Assembly (NCBI GenBank): GCA_964521025.1
Contig: CAZFPK010000001.1
Location: forward strand, 92,845 to 156,844
Length of the DNA: 64,000 bases
Source: an uncultured Candidatus Cloacimonadota bacterium
GTDB taxonomy: Bacteria; Cloacimonadota; Cloacimonadia; Cloacimonadales; TCS61
Direction of reading: 5' to 3'
Shown here: in pieces, positions 60,860-64,000 of the stretch
Layout of the letters: each line of letters begins with the position of its first letter
Numbering within the stretch: position 1 is the stretch's first letter
The notes under the pieces: model-generated
What the model was told of the DNA's origin: nothing
The model's input: only the letters and a program-made list of their open reading frames with translations
Database searches by the model: none
Position numbers and translations under genes: made by a program

Positions 60860-62971
60860 ATGAGACAATTTTTAAAAATATCTCTGCTGATCATTGTTTT
60901 AATTACTTCTTGTTCAAATACAAATCATGAACCTCCGGTTGCCAAAGTAATTCCTCAGAAATCAATCCAACATGGAATCGAACTTATCGATAATTATCAC
61001 TGGTTGAAAGACAAATCCAGAACTAATAAAGAGGTCCTGAATTACATCGAAGCAGAAAACAAATATACTGAAAACATGATGAAACATACATCGAAATTTC
61101 AAAAAAAAATATATGATGAAATTATCGGCAGAATAAAAAAAGATGAGCAAAGTGTTCCGGTTAAAATAGATGACTATTATTATTATTCAAGGAATGTTAT
61201 TGACAAACAATACCGTATTTATTGCCGGAAAAAAGAAAGTCCGGAAGCTTCGGAAGAGATTTACCTGGATGTTAATGAACTGGCAAAAAATAAAAAATAC
61301 TGCAGTATTTACGATGTAAAAATCAGTCCCGACCACAAACTGCTCGCTTATACATTGGACACAAGCGGAGCAGAAAAATATACACTTTATATCAAGGACC
61401 TGGAAACGGGGAAAATTTTGGCAGAAACCATTTCTCCGGTCGGAGATGTAACCTGGGCAAACGATAATAAAACAATATTTTATACACTCGAAGACAAAAC
61501 AGGACGAAGTTACAAAGTTTTTCGACATGTTTTGGGGAATGATTATCAGAATGATGAACTTCTCTATCACGAAAAAGATGAAAAATTTTATACCTGGACT
61601 TACAAAACGCGAAGCAGGAAATTTATTATTTTGGGAACAGACAGCAAAACAACTTCCGAATACAGGATCCTGAATGCAGATGAACCTTTCGGAAAATTTT
61701 CTTTAGTTCAAAAAAGAATTCCGGGTCATGAATATTCTCTGCAACATCATTCAGATAAATTTTATATCCGCACGAACGCAGATAATGCAAAAAATTTTAA
61801 AATTATGACCTCTCCTGTCGCTACTCCTTCGCAAGATTATTGGAAGGATTTTTTACCTTACCGCGATTCGGTTTATGTCAGTTACTCGGTTTTTAAAGAT
61901 TATATGATCGTTTACGAACTTTTAAATGGAACCGAAAAAATGAGAGTTATTAACCTGCATACCAGTGATGATTTTTATGTTGAATTTCCGGAAGAAATTT
62001 ATACGGTTTACGGAGGTTGGAATCCGGAATTTGATACTAATTTTTACAGGTTTGAATATGAATCGATGATCACACCTTATTCTATTTTTGATCTGAATAT
62101 GAAAACCGGAGAAAAGATTTTAAGAAAACAACAGCAAATACTGGGAGATTTCAGTTCGGAAGATTATAAATCGGAAAGAATTTATGCAAAAGCTCATGAT
62201 GGAAAATCGATTCCGATTTCATTGGTCTATAAGAAAGAACTTTACCGGGATAATAAGACAAATCTTTTGCTGCTCGATGCATATGGTTCTTATGGTGATG
62301 CTTATGATCCTTATTTCTCGATTTCTCGATTGAGTTTGCTGAATAGAGGATTTATCTATGCAAACGCTCATGTCCGCGGTGGAGGAGAACTGGGAAAAAA
62401 TTGGCATGAACAGGGATGCATGTTGAACAAGAAGAATACTTTCATGGATTTCATCTCCTGTGCGGAATGTCTTATTGAAAATTGTTATACCGAGCAGGAG
62501 AAACTTGTGATCGAAGGCGGAAGTGCCGGTGGTTTATTGGTCGGAGCAGTTACGAATTTACGACCTGAATTATTTAAGGTCGTTATTGCCGATGTTCCTT
62601 TTGTGGATGTTTTGAATTCCATGTTCGATCCAAGTTTATCAGCAACAATTTCCGAATATGAAGAATGGGGAAATCCCAATGATAGGATTTATTTCGACTA
62701 TATTCGTTCATATTGTCCCTACCAAAATATTCAACCGCAAGATTATCCGCATATCCTCGTTCTTGCAGGATTCAATGACCATCGTGTCAATTACTGGGAA
62801 CCTGCAAAATGGACTGCCAAACTGCGTGCAAAAAAAACCGACGATAACTTGCTTTTACTTAAAATAGACATGTCATCCGGTCACGGAGGAGCATCCGGTA
62901 GATTCGACTATTATAAGGAAATTGCTTTTAAATATGCTTTTGTTTTCGATATTTTCGGGATAAATATGTAA
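60860..62971 (+). CDS. ptrB: Oligopeptidase B (S9A), predicted lipoprotein
   Basis: Lipobox ITSC; HVRGGGELG, GGSAGG, ND.RV, GHGGASGR. Confidence 0.92.
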   Translation: MRQFLKISLLIIVLITSCSNTNHEPPVAKVIPQKSIQHGIELIDNYHWLKDKSRTNKEVLNYIEAENKYTENMMKHTSKFQKKIYDEIIGRIKKDEQSVPVKIDDYYYYSRNVIDKQYRIYCRKKESPEASEEIYLDVNELAKNKKYCSIYDVKISPDHKLLAYTLDTSGAEKYTLYIKDLETGKILAETISPVGDVTWANDNKTIFYTLEDKTGRSYKVFRHVLGNDYQNDELLYHEKDEKFYTWTYKTRSRKFIILGTDSKTTSEYRILNADEPFGKFSLVQKRIPGHEYSLQHHSDKFYIRTNADNAKNFKIMTSPVATPSQDYWKDFLPYRDSVYVSYSVFKDYMIVYELLNGTEKMRVINLHTSDDFYVEFPEEIYTVYGGWNPEFDTNFYRFEYESMITPYSIFDLNMKTGEKILRKQQQILGDFSSEDYKSERIYAKAHDGKSIPISLVYKKELYRDNKTNLLLLDAYGSYGDAYDPYFSISRLSLLNRGFIYANAHVRGGGELGKNWHEQGCMLNKKNTFMDFISCAECLIENCYTEQEKLVIEGGSAGGLLVGAVTNLRPELFKVVIADVPFVDVLNSMFDPSLSATISEYEEWGNPNDRIYFDYIRSYCPYQNIQPQDYPHILVLAGFNDHRVNYWEPAKWTAKLRAKKTDDNLLLLKIDMSSGHGGASGRFDYYKEIAFKYAFVFDIFGINM

Positions 62972-63049
62972 CACGAAGTTCTGCTTCGTTGTAATTATGA
63001 TTCTCCGAATCATTTATTTTTTTGGGGGACTTTACAATTTGATATAAAT

Positions 63050-63763
63050 ATGCCAGAAATACAAAAAAAAATACCACAAAAAAAGGATTTCACTTTACGC
63101 GGTCTGGAAATGACCCGTTTAGAAACTTTTGTCGATGCAGCATTTGCATTCGCGATTACTATGTTGGTAATTTCAGTAGGTTCAATTCCAACCAACTTTA
63201 AAGATCTTATCACTGCTTTGAAATCAGTACCCTCATTTATTGTTAGTTTCAGTTTCCTCATGCTCTTCTGGATAGGACATCGTAAATGGAGTAGAAGATA
63301 CGGTCTGGAAGATTCTATTTCTACTGTTATTAGTTTGGGGCTTGTATTTGTGATGCTCGTTTATGTTTATCCATTAAGACTTATGGCTTCAGCACTTTTT
63401 GCCTGGATTAGTAAAGGACTTTTACCTTCCGAATTCATCATAAACGACTGGACAGAACTGGCAGGATTATTTATTGTTTATGGTTTGGGATTCACAGCCC
63501 TGACAATGATGCTTGCTTTACTTTATTTACGAGCTCATTCTGCTGGTGCTTCACTTCAGCTTACTACTTTGGAACGAATCAGAACAAATGAAGAAATCGC
63601 TTTTTGGATAACAATGTCAATCACCGGAGCTATTTCAACTTTGTTCGCCTGGATAATGCCAGCTCGAATCGGTATTTGGTCAGGATTTATTTACTCTTCA
63701 TTATGTTTAACAATGCCTTTTATCACATTTCATTATGCGAAGAAAATTGAAAAAGTGAAGTAA
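63050..63763 (+). CDS. TMEM175/DUF1211 family potassium-channel-like protein
   Basis: RLETFVDAAFAFAITML, FWIGH; multiple TM helices. Confidence 0.85.
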   Translation: MPEIQKKIPQKKDFTLRGLEMTRLETFVDAAFAFAITMLVISVGSIPTNFKDLITALKSVPSFIVSFSFLMLFWIGHRKWSRRYGLEDSISTVISLGLVFVMLVYVYPLRLMASALFAWISKGLLPSEFIINDWTELAGLFIVYGLGFTALTMMLALLYLRAHSAGASLQLTTLERIRTNEEIAFWITMSITGAISTLFAWIMPARIGIWSGFIYSSLCLTMPFITFHYAKKIEKVK

Positions 63764-63929
63764 ATATTTCTAACATGCTGTAACTCAAACAATCCGTCAA
63801 AACCGACCGCAGTTCTGCTCGAGAAGTAACACGAAGTCCTGTTTTGTTGTAATTATAATTCTCTTAATCAATGATATTTTGTCTTGAGATTTGACAATTT
63901 TGTAAATTGTTCAACGATTGTAAGGTTTT

Positions 63930-64000
63930 ATGAAAAAATTAGAAAAAAAGTTAGCAGAAATTATCGGAGGAAATGTCCTCGATGTAGCAACCGGTGCCGG
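63930..64000 (+). CDS. Class I SAM methyltransferase, 5' fragment
   Basis: MKKLEKKLAEIIGGNVLDVATGA, motif I; truncated by the window end. Confidence 0.7.
   Translation, partial: MKKLEKKLAEIIGGNVLDVATGA

Overview
AT-rich bacterial chromosomal segment, most likely a Cloacimonadota/FCB-type diderm anaerobe (inferred from FlgD-Ig-type C-terminal domains, lipoboxes and DUF5916-like barrel proteins). No rRNA, tRNA, CRISPR array, integrase or intact transposase was seen. About 48 CDS are present: housekeeping genes (glgA, gpmA, dcd, tldD/pmbA, ptrB, an anchor-less fumarate-reductase-like pair), secreted proteins (2302-aa S8 protease, DOMON and cohesin proteins) and a long minus-strand run of resistance-type genes. 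Two things stand out. (1) A 14-aa leader peptide (MNRLLRLPAGGSVI, 40778-40822) is followed by an antiterminator and two tandem terminators that can be switched off in relay. It heads a ~14-kb co-oriented array: 47-aa basic protein, heterodimeric ABC exporter, 2 GNATs, APH-RIO kinase fusion, DUF2087, barrel protein, methyltransferase, ABC-F. (2) Nearly every spacer in that array is a mosaic of the same palindromic modules in a conserved polar order, often donating the upstream gene's stop codon, which looks like a repeat-built gene-cassette array. A decayed RAYT transposase with its GTAG REPs and several other REP families also occur. All functional calls come from motif recognition only; no searches were run.
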